A stretch of 64,000 nt of DNA from Rhodobacterales bacterium. Its GTDB lineage: Bacteria; Pseudomonadota; Alphaproteobacteria; Rhodobacterales; CAZPXZ01. The stretch lies in NCBI GenBank assembly GCA_965221505.1, contig CBDCSI010000002.1, positions 60,341 through 124,340 of the forward strand, written 5' to 3'. Below are positions 1 through 10,592 of this stretch, piece by piece (the stretch's first letter is position 1; each line of letters starts with the position of its first letter). The translations under genes and the position numbers were made by a program. The notes under the pieces are model-generated. The model did not search any database. It was not told the DNA's origin and worked only from the letters and a program-made list of their open reading frames with translations.

Positions 1-286
1 GCGGGCCATGCGCCCGGCATCGATCTTGTGTCTCGTCGGCGCGATCGACCTGCCGATCGTCAAGTTTTCGGTCGACTGGTGGAACACGCTGCATCAGCCG
101 GCGAGCGTGCTGCGTCTCGACGGACCGACGATCCATCCCAGCATGCTGTGGCCGCTCCTGGTCATGGCGGTCGCGGTCTTCGCGTTTCTCGTCGCCGTCA
201 CCTGCCTGTCGACCCGGACGCAAATCCTGGAGATGCGGATCGCTTCGCTGCAGGCGGCCCGAAGGCCGGGCGTGTCGACGCCATGA
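1..286 (+). CDS. ccmC: Heme exporter protein C, 3' part (5'-truncated by window)
   Basis: IVKFSVDWWNTLHQ motif typical of the CcmC C-terminal half; stop overlaps the ccmD ATG (ATGA). Confidence 0.9.
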   Translation, partial: RAMRPASILCLVGAIDLPIVKFSVDWWNTLHQPASVLRLDGPTIHPSMLWPLLVMAVAVFAFLVAVTCLSTRTQILEMRIASLQAARRPGVSTP

Positions 287-456
287 TCGCGGACTTGTTC
301 TGGCTGGACGGCAACGGCCCCTTCGTGTGGGGCGCATGGTTTGCCGGCGGCGTACTGCTGAAGCTGTGCCTCGCTCAGGCGCTGCACCGGGACTGGCGCA
401 CGCGTCGGCGCCTGGAATCGCTCGCGGGTCCGAGCCCTCAGGGGGACGAGCGGTGA
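283..456 (+). CDS. ccmD: Heme exporter protein D
   Basis: Small ORF MIADLFWLDGNGPFVWGAW... with one TM segment and a basic tail, coupled to ccmC. Confidence 0.7.
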   Translation: MIADLFWLDGNGPFVWGAWFAGGVLLKLCLAQALHRDWRTRRRLESLAGPSPQGDER

Positions 457-594
457 GTCGGCCGACTCTCTTGCCGTTCTGCCCACCGTTTCTCGCGCGG
501 GCGATCGGGACGTCGACGCAGGGCGACGCTCGCGGGCATTCGCCGGCCCGCGCCGGCTGCCGCCGGCATTCGCACGGGCAGGAGACCGCGGGAC

Positions 595-2580
595 GTGTTT
601 GAGGGATCCCCGATCGAGACCGGCATGGCGGCGATGTCCGTCGCGCTTGCCCTGGCGGTCTTTTCCGTCGGCTCGGCCGCGTTCGGATTATGGCGGCGGG
701 TCCCTTCCTTCCAGGCGGCCGCCCGTCGGGCGCTCTACATGAACGTGCCGTTGACATGCCTCGCCTTCGCCGTTCTGGTCCATGCGTTTATCGTCAAGGA
801 TTACTCGGTCGCCTACGTCGCGCAAAACTCCAACAGCCTCCTGCCGCTGATCTACCGGGCGACCGCGACCTGGGGAGCGCACGAGGGCTCGTTGCTGCTC
901 TGGCTGTTCTATCTGGTGCTGGTTTCCGCTCTGGCGCTCCGGCTGCATCGGGACACTCACCCGCACTCCTCGCCCTGGATCGCCATGACGCTCGGGGCGA
1001 TTCAGACGGCTCTCATCGCCTTCATCCTGTTCCTGTCCAATCCGTTCACGGAAATCCTCCCCGCCCTGCCCGAGGGCCGGGATCTCAACCCGCTGCTTCA
1101 GGACCCGGGGCTGATTTTTCACCCGCCCCTCCTCTATCTCGGATATGTCGGCTTCTCGGTGCCGTTCGCCTTCGCGATCGCGGCTCTGGCCCGAGGGTCG
1201 GTCACCTCGGCCTGGATCGTCGCGACCCGTCGCTGGGCCCTCTTCTCCTGGGCGGCGCTCACCAGCGGAATCATGCTCGGCGGCTACTGGTCCTACTACG
1301 AGCTCGGCTGGGGCGGCTACTGGGCGTGGGATCCGGTCGAGAACGCGTCCTTCATGCCCTGGCTCACGGCGACCGCCTTCCTGCACTCGGTCATGGTCCA
1401 GGAGCGCAGGTCGTTCCACCAGGTGTGGAACCTGTTCCTGATCCTGGCGACCTTCTCGCTGTCGCTCTCCGGCACGTTCCTGGTGCGCTCGGGAATCCTG
1501 ACGTCGGTGCACGCCTTCGCCGTCGACCCGGACCGCGGCGTCTACATTCTCGGCTTCCTGGCCCTGACCCTGGCCGTCAGCTTCGGCCTGCTGCTCTGGC
1601 GCGCCGGGTCGCTCCGCCAACCGGAGGACCGCTACCTGGCCCCGGTCTCGCGGGAGTCGGTCATCCTCTACAACAACCTGGTCTTCATGGTCGCCCTGTT
1701 CACCGTGTTCTTCGGCACCATGCTGTCGCTGTTCGCAGAGTTCCTGTTCGGAATCCAGCTCTCGGTCTCGGCGCCGTATTTCAACACCGTCATGGTGCCG
1801 ATCATGCTCGTCGCGCTGATTCTCATGGGCGTGGGTCCGACCGTGCCGTGGCGACGCGCGAGCGCCTCGCTTCTCCGCCGGAGATTCCGCGTTCCGCTGG
1901 TTACCGCATTGCTGGCGGCGGCCGGGGTGCTTCTCTACGGAGAATGGATTGCGGCGGCCGCCCTGGCCGTCGTGACCTTCGCCGGCAGCGCGACCGTCCT
2001 CTCCGTGGCGTCGGACGCCCGCGCTCGCGCCGCAGGCGGCAACCGACTTCAGGCGCTCTCGAGTCTAGTGTCCGCGAACCGCCGCCGCTACGGCGGTCTC
2101 ACGGTGCATCTCGGAATCCTGGTCATTGCGCTCGGACTCATCGGGTCCGGTCTATTCAAGGACGAGCGCAGACTGGTCCTCGAGACCGGCGACCGCTTCG
2201 AAATCGGCGGCTACGACGCGGCCTATGTGAGCCGGGACGAGGTTCCCGGCCCGAACTACATGGCCAGCCGGCTGACCTTCGACGTTTCCCGCAACGGAGA
2301 GCCCGTCGCCCGGATGCAGACCGAGAAACGCGACTATCCGCGGGGCGAGATGGTGACCACGGAGGCCGCCATCCGGTCGACCCTGCTGGAGGATCTCTAC
2401 CTCAGCTTCGAGGGCGAGTTCTCGGACGGCCGGGTGTCGATCCGCGCCTACCGAAATCCGCTCGTGTCCTGGATCTGGATCGGATGGCTCGTCGTGGTCT
2501 TCGGAGCCGCAGTCTCGCTCTCCGGGCCGCGGCGGCGACAGGACCCGTTGCCCGCGCCGGGCGGTGCGGTGTCGGCCTGA
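595..2580 (+). CDS. ccmF: Cytochrome c heme lyase CcmF
   Basis: WGAHEGSLLLW, LNPLLQDPG, WGGYWAWDPVENASFMPW (WWD domain) and SVHAF motifs. Confidence 0.97.
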   Translation: MFEGSPIETGMAAMSVALALAVFSVGSAAFGLWRRVPSFQAAARRALYMNVPLTCLAFAVLVHAFIVKDYSVAYVAQNSNSLLPLIYRATATWGAHEGSLLLWLFYLVLVSALALRLHRDTHPHSSPWIAMTLGAIQTALIAFILFLSNPFTEILPALPEGRDLNPLLQDPGLIFHPPLLYLGYVGFSVPFAFAIAALARGSVTSAWIVATRRWALFSWAALTSGIMLGGYWSYYELGWGGYWAWDPVENASFMPWLTATAFLHSVMVQERRSFHQVWNLFLILATFSLSLSGTFLVRSGILTSVHAFAVDPDRGVYILGFLALTLAVSFGLLLWRAGSLRQPEDRYLAPVSRESVILYNNLVFMVALFTVFFGTMLSLFAEFLFGIQLSVSAPYFNTVMVPIMLVALILMGVGPTVPWRRASASLLRRRFRVPLVTALLAAAGVLLYGEWIAAAALAVVTFAGSATVLSVASDARARAAGGNRLQALSSLVSANRRRYGGLTVHLGILVIALGLIGSGLFKDERRLVLETGDRFEIGGYDAAYVSRDEVPGPNYMASRLTFDVSRNGEPVARMQTEKRDYPRGEMVTTEAAIRSTLLEDLYLSFEGEFSDGRVSIRAYRNPLVSWIWIGWLVVVFGAAVSLSGPRRRQDPLPAPGGAVSA

Positions 2581-2592
2581 GGAGCGCGCGGC

Positions 2593-3129
2593 ATGGCCCG
2601 ACACGCCTGGCGAGCGCTCGCCGTCATCGGCCCGCTGATCGTCGTCGCGGCCTTCGGATTCGGTCTGACTCGCGACCCCGGACGGATCGAGTCCGTGACC
2701 GTGGGCAAGCGCGCGCCCGCCTTCGAACTCGCGGCGCTGGAGGGAAGCGAGCCGATCCGGATGGCGGACTACCGGGATCGGGTCGTGGTGGTCAATTTCT
2801 GGGCGTCCTGGTGCGTGTCCTGCCGTGTGGAACACGACGTGTTGATCGAACTCGGAACGCGGTTCGCCGGCCGGGACGATATCGCGATGCTCGGCGTCAA
2901 CTACCGCGACACGCCCGACGGCGCACGAACCTTCCTGCTCCGATACGGTGCCTATCCGTATCCGAGCGCGGTCGACCCCCGCGGGCGCACCGGCATCGAC
3001 TTCGGCGTATACGGTCTGCCGGAGACGTATTTCGTCGACGAGTCGGGGCAAATCCGGTACCGACATCTCGGGCCGATCGATCGGGAGACCGCCTATGCCG
3101 TTCTCGACGATCTGGGAATCCGGCCGTGA
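2593..3129 (+). CDS. ccmG: Periplasmic thiol:disulfide interchange protein CcmG/DsbE
   Basis: N-terminal anchor, NFWASWCVSC, GVYGLPETY. Confidence 0.9.
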   Translation: MARHAWRALAVIGPLIVVAAFGFGLTRDPGRIESVTVGKRAPAFELAALEGSEPIRMADYRDRVVVVNFWASWCVSCRVEHDVLIELGTRFAGRDDIAMLGVNYRDTPDGARTFLLRYGAYPYPSAVDPRGRTGIDFGVYGLPETYFVDESGQIRYRHLGPIDRETAYAVLDDLGIRP

Positions 3130-3548
3130 CGCCCGCAGCCCGATCCGCATGCGCTGCGATCCTCTGCGGCTGGCTCGTGATCGTTGCCGTGCCGGCAGCT
3201 TCGGAGACGGTTCGGGAAGACCCGCTCGAGGCGTCCGTGCGGGACATTGCGGAACGGCTGCGCTGTCCGGTCTGCCAGGGAGAGAACCTGTACGATTCGC
3301 AATCCGGACTTGCCGCAGAGATGCGGGATATCATCCGGGACCAGCTGGCGGCAGACCGCTCGGAAGACGAGATCGTCGCGTTCTTCGTCGACCGGTACGG
3401 GGACTACGTGCGGCTGGCGCCGAGATGGGGCGGCGGCCAATTGATCGTGTGGCTGGCGCCGCTCCTGGCGTTTGCCGTCGGCGCCGCAGGCGTGACCCTC
3501 GCGATACGGCGCCGGGCCCGGGCCTCCGGGGCGAACGAGCGGCAATGA
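3126..3548 (+). CDS. ccmH: Cytochrome c biogenesis protein CcmH/CycL
   Basis: GTG start overlapping the ccmG stop; LRCPVCQ motif, FFVDRYGDYV, C-terminal TM. Confidence 0.92.
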   Translation: MTPAARSACAAILCGWLVIVAVPAASETVREDPLEASVRDIAERLRCPVCQGENLYDSQSGLAAEMRDIIRDQLAADRSEDEIVAFFVDRYGDYVRLAPRWGGGQLIVWLAPLLAFAVGAAGVTLAIRRRARASGANERQ

Positions 3549-3728
3549 GTATGAAGCCTGATTCCTTCGTGCCTAGCGATAACCCCAGCATGACCTGTGC
3601 ATCCATGCTCATGCCGGCCGTGTCCGGCCTCGTAGAATCCGTGCGGGTTCCCGACCGCTCGCGCGATCCGCTCCTGCGTTCTGGAAACTCTTCACGCACC
3701 CGGTCGACCTTCGACGGGATCGGACCCG

Positions 3729-4190
3729 ATGCGTAACGAGTTCGTCCATCCGGCCCGCCGCAGACGGCAACGGCTGGTCATGATTCTCCTGAGCGGAGTT
3801 CTGCTCGCGGGATCCACCGCCCTGATCCTGACCGCCCTCCGGGATTCCATCGTCTTCTTCTTCGGACCGACCGAACTGATGGAGAAGGCCGAGAGCCCCG
3901 ACAGTCGCATCCGACTCGGGGGTCTTGTCGCGGAGGCGTCGGTGCTCGAAGGCGAGAACGGAACCTATACGTTCGACGTCACCGACGGTGTCTCTTCGGT
4001 GCCCGTGTCATACCGGGGCGCATTGCCGGACCTGTTTCGCGAGGGACAGGGCGTAGTCGCCGAAGGACGCTTTCGAGAGGGTACGCTGCACGCCGACACC
4101 ATTCTCGCCAAGCACGACGAGAACTACATGCCCCGCGAGGTCGCCAACGCGCTGAAAGAAGCCGGAACCTGGCAGGGGGCGGACCCCTGA
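3729..4190 (+). CDS. ccmE: Heme chaperone CcmE
   Basis: LPDLFREGQGVVAEG and AKHDENYMP heme-binding motif. Confidence 0.96.
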   Translation: MRNEFVHPARRRRQRLVMILLSGVLLAGSTALILTALRDSIVFFFGPTELMEKAESPDSRIRLGGLVAEASVLEGENGTYTFDVTDGVSSVPVSYRGALPDLFREGQGVVAEGRFREGTLHADTILAKHDENYMPREVANALKEAGTWQGADP

Positions 4191-4714
4191 GCGAGGTCCC
4201 TCGGAAGGACGACTACGGCTCCGCGCAGCCTCGTGGGTGAACTCCGGGCTTTCTGAGGCAGGCGACTCCGCGGTGCCGTGAGCATCCGTATTCGCGGACG
4301 CGACCGCCTCCGAGACCGTTCGGCGCCCAGCGACCGTATCGCGCTCCGGGGCGCGCCGCTCCGGCGGCCCCGGCGCTTCCGGGCGACCGAAGGCACGGGA
4401 CATTGCCACCGACGGACCGGGCGAACCCCTGGGCCGGATCGTCCCCGGCGAGAGCGACGGTGATCGCTCGCCAATTCATGACGGACTTCGCCGAACCGGG
4501 CAGGCCGGCTGCGATTCCGCCCCGTACCGATTCCCCCGGTCCGCCGGATGCGTCGACCTGTCCCGGCCTCAGATTGCGTTCCGTCTCCGCATGGAGTAAG
4601 GGAATGACGCTGCGGCTGCGGCGCGGGTCCCGTCGCGGGGCTCCGGACCGGCCCGGCTACTCGAGAATACGCAGCCGCATGCCGGCTGCCGCCCGGGAGG
4701 AGGGGCGACACGGA

Positions 4715-6499
4715 ATGGCACATGACTTCAAGCTCCGCAGCAAGGCCTGGTTCGACAATCCGCATAACCGGGAAATGTCCTCGCTCTATACGGAGCGCTA
4801 TCTGAACTACGGCCTGACGCGCGAGGAACTGCGGGCCGGCAAGCCCATCATCGGCATCGCCCAGACCGGGAGCGACCTGTCGCCCTGCAACCGCCACCAC
4901 ATCGAGTTGACCAAGCGGGTTCGCGACGGAATCCACGCCGCCGGCGGAACCGCCATGGAAATCCCCGTGCATCCGATCCAGGAGACCGGCAAGCGCCCGA
5001 CCGCGATGCTGGACCGGAACCTGGCCTATCTGAGTCTCGTAGAGACCCTGTTCGGCTACCCCATCGACGGCGTGGTGCTGAATATCGGCTGCGACAAGAC
5101 AACCCCCGCCCTCCTGATGGCGGCGGCTACGGTCAACATTCCGGCGATCGCCTTCTCCGTCGGGCCGATGCTGAACGGCTGGTTCGACGGCAAGCGCACC
5201 GGCTCCGGCACCATCGTCTGGAAAGCCCGCGAGCTGCACGCGGCCGGCGAGATCGACGACGACGGGTTTGCCGATTTGGTGGCGTCCTCGGCCCCCTCCA
5301 CGGGTTACTGCAACACCATGGGAACGGCCACGACCATGAACTCGCTGGCGGAGGCGTTAGGCATGCAGCTTCCGGGATCCGCGTCCATTCCGGCGCCCTA
5401 CCGCGAGCGCGGCCAGATGGCGTATCGCGTCGGCCACAACATCGTCGAACAGGTGAACGCCGAGCGCAAGCCGTCGGACATCATGACCCGCGAGGCGTTC
5501 GAGAACGCCATCGTTGTCAACTCGGCGATCGGCGGCTCCACCAACGCGCCGATTCACCTGAACGCCATCGCGCGCCATCTGGGCGTCCCGCTCGACAACG
5601 ACGACTGGCAGCGGATCGGATACCGCGTGCCCCTCCTGGTCAATCTCCAGCCGGCCGGCGAATACCTCGGCGAGGACTATCACCGCGCGGGCGGCGTGTC
5701 GGCCGTGATCGGCGAGCTGCTCTCGGAGGGTCTGCTTCCGCATCCCGACGCCCCCACCGTCAACGGCAGTTCCATCGGCGAGAATTGCCGGGAGAGCCGC
5801 AGCAGCGATCGCGACGTGATCAAGACCGTCGGCGGGCCGATGCTCGCCGACGCCGGGTTCCTGAATCTGAAGGGGAACCTGTTCGACAGCGCGATCATGA
5901 AGACCAGCGTGATCGACGAGGAGTTCCGTCGGCGATATCTCGAAAACCCGAACGACCCGAACGCGTTCGAAGGCCGCGCGGTGGTATTCGACGGGCCGGA
6001 GGACTTCCACAGCCGCATCGACGATCCGGAGCTGGCGATCGACGAACGCTCCATCCTGATCATGCGCGGCGCGGGACCGATCGGATATCCGGGCGGCGCG
6101 GAAGTCGTGAACATGCGGCCGCCGTCCTATCTCCTCAAGCGCGGCGTACGCGCACTGCCCTGCATCGGCGACGGACGCCAGTCCGGCACGTCCGGCTCGC
6201 CGTCCATCCTGAACGCCTCGCCGGAGGCGGCGGAAGGAGGCGGCCTGGCTCTCGTCATGACCGGCGACCGGCTGCGAATCGACCTGAACGCCTCCTCGGC
6301 CGACATGCTGGTCGACGACGCGGAGCTCGAGGACCGCCGGGCTCGACTCGGAGACGGATTTGCGGTCCCGGACTCGCAGTCGCCGTGGCAGGAGATCTTC
6401 CGGGAGAAGGTGCGTCCCTTCATGGACGGCATGACGCTCCGAGGTGCGGAGGCGTACCGGGACATCGCGCAGAAGAACATTCCGCGCGATAACCATTAG
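4715..6499 (+). CDS. IlvD/Edd-family sugar-acid dehydratase, D-xylonate dehydratase (XylD)-like
   Basis: ATG 4715 after GGAGGAGG; [38 protein letters not shown] and C-terminal PRDNH resemble Caulobacter-type XylD. Confidence 0.85.
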   Translation: MAHDFKLRSKAWFDNPHNREMSSLYTERYLNYGLTREELRAGKPIIGIAQTGSDLSPCNRHHIELTKRVRDGIHAAGGTAMEIPVHPIQETGKRPTAMLDRNLAYLSLVETLFGYPIDGVVLNIGCDKTTPALLMAAATVNIPAIAFSVGPMLNGWFDGKRTGSGTIVWKARELHAAGEIDDDGFADLVASSAPSTGYCNTMGTATTMNSLAEALGMQLPGSASIPAPYRERGQMAYRVGHNIVEQVNAERKPSDIMTREAFENAIVVNSAIGGSTNAPIHLNAIARHLGVPLDNDDWQRIGYRVPLLVNLQPAGEYLGEDYHRAGGVSAVIGELLSEGLLPHPDAPTVNGSSIGENCRESRSSDRDVIKTVGGPMLADAGFLNLKGNLFDSAIMKTSVIDEEFRRRYLENPNDPNAFEGRAVVFDGPEDFHSRIDDPELAIDERSILIMRGAGPIGYPGGAEVVNMRPPSYLLKRGVRALPCIGDGRQSGTSGSPSILNASPEAAEGGGLALVMTGDRLRIDLNASSADMLVDDAELEDRRARLGDGFAVPDSQSPWQEIFREKVRPFMDGMTLRGAEAYRDIAQKNIPRDNH

Positions 6500-6983
6500 C
6501 CGGCCCCGGGACGGTCTTCCGCCTCCCTCTTCGGCACCCGCGTGCGGAAATGCCGGCGCTTGCGGTCCTGCCAGACTCGCGCCGCAGTCCGCCCGACGCA
6601 TGTTCGGCACGAGCAGTGGCTTCTGCGAACTGACGCTCGGCAGGCGACGTCAACTTCAGCCGCCACAAGGTCCTCGGTCCAGCCGTTCGACCCGTCCTAC
6701 TCTCTCCCCCGGGGGCGGTCTCGGCCTGCCCCCGGAGTCACGTTGGACAGCCGAACCGTCGCGAAGTACCCTGCGTAGCGAGACTGGAGATCGGCGACGA
6801 TTGCCGGCCGGGGCGTCCACGCCGAAGGAATACTCGGAACGGACCCGCTGTCGAACCGCTTGCCGGACGACCAAGGATGGGCCGCGAAACACGCCGCCAT
6901 CCGATCCAGTCCGGACAAGGCGTAGCGAGTATACGGGCGGCATGCACCCGCCGCCTTTCTGATCCGGGTGTCGGAGAATCGCG

Positions 6984-8045
6984 ATGAAGATTCGATTGAA
7001 CGACTTCACTGCGGTCCGCTACCGTGGCATCTCCGGGCTGCACCTGGACCGCCTCGCCAAGTGTAACCTGATACTCGGCGCGAACGGCATCGGCAAGACT
7101 GCGCTGCTGGAAGCGATGTGGCTATTCGCCGGGAGATTCACTCCCACCTTGTTGTGGAGCGCAAACGTACAGCGAGCGCCCAATCGGTCGCTGAACCCGA
7201 TCGCTCGACTGACCGACGACCGCTTAGAGCTCCACGGAACGGAAAATGACGAGCATCACTCGATTCGGTACGAGTTTGAGCCACTAGCGAAGGACGCTCA
7301 AGCGATCGCGACTGTAGCCGCCTCGAAGGAGGACGCGCCGACCATGCCTCCAATAATCGGACGGCTCCATACGCTACTTGACAACAGGCACCTGTCGAAG
7401 GGGAATCAGCGTCCCTCCGTAACGCCTGCCGGCCTCGAGCTATTCGTTCCGCAAAACAGGCCTGCCGACAGGCCCGACTGCGCTATCGAAACAAGCCGCT
7501 CTCGTCACGATCACGATTTTTCGTCCGAATTGCCCGACCGCTATTCCGAACTCGTAAAGCTCGGACACAAGTCACATTTGGTCGAGACCCTCAACATTGT
7601 CTTGGATGGAATTTCAGACGTTGAACTTCTCACCCACGGAACGAACAACCCTCTCTTGTGGGTAACGGACTCGGCAGGCGCTCTTCGGCCGATTCATGAC
7701 CTTGGAAGAGGAGCCGAAAAGCTGGTCCGGTTGCTGCTGGACTTCTCATCCTCGCAAGGCGGCATTGTGTTCAGCGACGAATTGGAGATCGGTCTGCACT
7801 ATTCTGCGCATGCACTAATTTGGAAGACGTTGATGCAGTGGTTGGATCAGTGGAGCGTTCAATTCTTTGCGACGACCCATGATTGGGAACTGCTCACTTC
7901 GGCCATTGACGCGTTCGAGGGCGATTTGAATTCGCTCGCAATTCATCGACTCTATCTTGACTCAAAGCGCGGCTGCACGAGCGCAGTTACTTTTACGGGA
8001 GAGACCCTCGCCGGCGTACGCGACTTGAACCTGGAGATACGCTGA
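6984..8045 (+). CDS. ABC-type AAA ATPase (AAA_15/AAA_21-like)
   Basis: Walker A GANGIGKT, Walker B FSDELEIGLH, H-loop ATTHD; visibly lower GC than flanks. Confidence 0.85.
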   Translation: MKIRLNDFTAVRYRGISGLHLDRLAKCNLILGANGIGKTALLEAMWLFAGRFTPTLLWSANVQRAPNRSLNPIARLTDDRLELHGTENDEHHSIRYEFEPLAKDAQAIATVAASKEDAPTMPPIIGRLHTLLDNRHLSKGNQRPSVTPAGLELFVPQNRPADRPDCAIETSRSRHDHDFSSELPDRYSELVKLGHKSHLVETLNIVLDGISDVELLTHGTNNPLLWVTDSAGALRPIHDLGRGAEKLVRLLLDFSSSQGGIVFSDELEIGLHYSAHALIWKTLMQWLDQWSVQFFATTHDWELLTSAIDAFEGDLNSLAIHRLYLDSKRGCTSAVTFTGETLAGVRDLNLEIR

Positions 8046-8047
8046 CT

Positions 8048-8719
8048 GTGACCGGTCCACAGTCGCCCAGGACAGGAACGCGGGAATCCTTTCTACAGTT
8101 GACTTCCGATCGCCTTCTTCTTGTCGAGGGCCAGGACGAAGTAAACGTGTTTAGCGCACTGCTCGGATCCCTTCCCGACGGGGGAGTCGGTTCAAGAATT
8201 CAGGTAATTGAGGTTGGCGGGAAAAACGGGTTCTACAGGAGATTGAACGCAATCTGGGGCCTAATGAAGTCTGACCATACACTCCGGGCGATCGGGGTCG
8301 TTCGGGATGCAGACGAGAATGCGGACAGGGCATTCCAGAGCGTGACCCACGACCTGCGGAACGCTGGGTTTGAACCGCCTGACGCCCATGGCTGTTTCTC
8401 GGTCGGAACGCCGGTGGCAGGCGTATTCATCGTACCGGACGGACGGAATTCCGGCGCGCTGGAAACGCTACTTCGACGCTCGGTAGAGGAGACCCCAGCC
8501 GGGAGATGCGTCGATCAGTATCTGGACTGTCTCGAACAGCACGACGCCATGAAGTCGAGGAATGTCGACAAGAGCTTTGCGCATGCCTTTCTGGCCGCTT
8601 CCCGCAATCCGGTAGCACGAGTCGGCGAAGGGGCGCGCCAAGGCGTCTGGGATTTCGAGCATGCAGCCCTCGCCGATCTCGTTCGATTCGTTCGGGCGCT
8701 CGCCGAACGGGGAGGATGA
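8048..8719 (+). CDS. DUF3226-like TOPRIM-fold protein
   Basis: LLLVEGQDE and VVRDAD acidic TOPRIM motifs, GALETLL; 2 nt downstream of the ATPase. Confidence 0.75.
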   Translation: MTGPQSPRTGTRESFLQLTSDRLLLVEGQDEVNVFSALLGSLPDGGVGSRIQVIEVGGKNGFYRRLNAIWGLMKSDHTLRAIGVVRDADENADRAFQSVTHDLRNAGFEPPDAHGCFSVGTPVAGVFIVPDGRNSGALETLLRRSVEETPAGRCVDQYLDCLEQHDAMKSRNVDKSFAHAFLAASRNPVARVGEGARQGVWDFEHAALADLVRFVRALAERGG

Positions 8720-8821
8720 CCGTACGTTCGGCGGTTTCCGGCCCTCCGCTCGATCCTGTCTGTGAGCATATGGCCGAACTCGACCTCGATCCCGCTCTGA
8801 AGCCGTGCCCGCAAGATCGCG

Positions 8822-9325
8822 CTATTCCTCCACCAGCGTGAGCAGCCAGGCGACCACGTCCTCGATCTCCTGCGCCCGGTAGATCGTCTGACCCTCGTAT
8901 TCCGCCGCAACCCGGTGCAGCCCGTCGCGCCGGTAGTAGGACGGCATGACCGTCTCGGGATTGAACTGCTTGGGATCCACGAGCCGAAGCCGCAGTTCGC
9001 CCGCGGTGTAGCGGCTGCCGACGCCGTGCAAGGGCGGGCCGATGTCGCCCGGGTCAGGCTCGTCCGGAATCGGAAGCGCGTGACAGATGAGGCAGGTGGC
9101 GTTGTTAGCGTCCCGCACGATACGCTCGCCTCGGACCGGATCCCCCGGCATACGCGTAAGCGGCTCCGAAATCGCCAGTTCCAAAATCTCGAACGGGACC
9201 GGCTCCTCCGCCGGCGCTGCGTCGGCGAGGACAATACCGGCACAAGCCGTTGCAACTGCGAGCGTCGACGAGTTCCGGCGGCGCCGTCGGCGCTCAGTTG
9301 TACATGTCTGCGGTAATGCCGGCAT
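8822..9325 (-). CDS. soxX: Sulfur oxidation c-type cytochrome SoxX (start uncertain)
   Basis: PLTRMPGDPVRG, CLICH heme site, GDIGPPL, NPETVMP. Confidence 0.85.
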   Translation of the reverse strand: MPALPQTCTTERRRRRRNSSTLAVATACAGIVLADAAPAEEPVPFEILELAISEPLTRMPGDPVRGERIVRDANNATCLICHALPIPDEPDPGDIGPPLHGVGSRYTAGELRLRLVDPKQFNPETVMPSYYRRDGLHRVAAEYEGQTIYRAQEIEDVVAWLLTLVEE

Positions 9326-10592
9326 ACCAGCCTTGTGCGTAGATCGCCTCCGCCTTGCGGATTTCCGGCCCCGCATCGGCCGGGCTGACCCCGCCCGCGC
9401 CCGGAACAGACGCGATCTCGCCCTGCTCGTTCAGCCGGTAGACCGCCGCCACCGAAATCCCGTATTCCTCCGAAAGCAGGCTGTAGCAGGTGTTCATCAG
9501 CACCGGATCCGGCGTATCCTCTCCACCCAGCAAACCCGCTACCGCCCGAGCGCAGACCTTGGCCTGGTTGTTGGCGCTGAACCCCGACTTGGGCATGTCG
9601 CCGGCGAGAATCGCGTCGCCGAGAAGATGAATCCCCGGAACGACTTGCGACTCGAAGGTCCGGCCGTTCACCGGGCACCAGTCGCCGCCTGCGGCCAGGC
9701 CGGCGGTATCCACCAGGCGCCCGGCGCGCTGCGGCGGAACGACGTTGGCCACGTCCGCCCGAAACCGCTCGAAATCCGTCTGCAGGATCCTGTCCGTCGG
9801 TTCGACCGAGACGACGTTCCCCCCCTCCGAAAACCCGATCCACTCGATCATGCCGGGATAGAGTTCCTCCCAGCCCTGCCGAAACAGTCCCGCCTTGGAG
9901 AAGGAGTCCTTCGCGTCCAGGATCAGGACCTTCGAACGCGGCTTGTGCCGGTGCAGGTAGTTCGCGATCAGGCTCGCGCGCTCGTACGGGCCCGGCGGAC
10001 AGCGAAACGGATTGTCGGGCACCGCGATCGCCACGACGCCGCCGTCTTCCATGCTCTCGATCTGCCGACGCAGGAGCGCCGTTTGCGGTCCCGCCTTCCA
10101 GGCGTGCGGCATGCGCTCGGACGCCTCCGGGCCGTAATTCTCGATGGCGTTCCACTTGAAGTCGATGCCGGGCGACAGGACCAGCCGGTCGTAGGAAAGC
10201 GACTCCCCGTCGGCGAGGCGAACCCGCGACCTCTCCGGCTCGATCGCGACGGCGTCGCCCTGCACCACGGTCACGCCCTGCCGGCGCAACCCGTCGAACC
10301 CGTGGGTAATGGAGTCGAGATCCCGCAATCCGCCCAGAACCGCGTTGCTGAACGGGCAGGTCGCGAACGCCGCGCTGCGCTCGACCAGCGTGACCCTCAG
10401 GTCGGACGAGAGACGCCGCAGATACCGCGCACAGGTGGCGCCGCCGAAGCCGCCGCCCACGACCACGACCGCACCCTTGACCCGTGCCAGCCCCGGCGCA
10501 GGCAGCGCCCCCGCCACCATCGCAGCGCCCGCGAGTTTCAGGAGGTCGCGACGGGACCCCCTTTCCCCGGAAAGGCGGTTCTTCGTCCTCAT
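9294..10592 (-). CDS. fccB: Flavocytochrome c sulfide dehydrogenase flavoprotein subunit (FccB/SoxF)
   Basis: Tat motif SRRDLL, GGGFGG FAD site, TCPFSN, FRCPPGPYERA, MPKSGFSAN, NTCYS. Confidence 0.93.
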   Translation of the reverse strand: MRTKNRLSGERGSRRDLLKLAGAAMVAGALPAPGLARVKGAVVVVGGGFGGATCARYLRRLSSDLRVTLVERSAAFATCPFSNAVLGGLRDLDSITHGFDGLRRQGVTVVQGDAVAIEPERSRVRLADGESLSYDRLVLSPGIDFKWNAIENYGPEASERMPHAWKAGPQTALLRRQIESMEDGGVVAIAVPDNPFRCPPGPYERASLIANYLHRHKPRSKVLILDAKDSFSKAGLFRQGWEELYPGMIEWIGFSEGGNVVSVEPTDRILQTDFERFRADVANVVPPQRAGRLVDTAGLAAGGDWCPVNGRTFESQVVPGIHLLGDAILAGDMPKSGFSANNQAKVCARAVAGLLGGEDTPDPVLMNTCYSLLSEEYGISVAAVYRLNEQGEIASVPGAGGVSPADAGPEIRKAEAIYAQGWYAGITADMYN

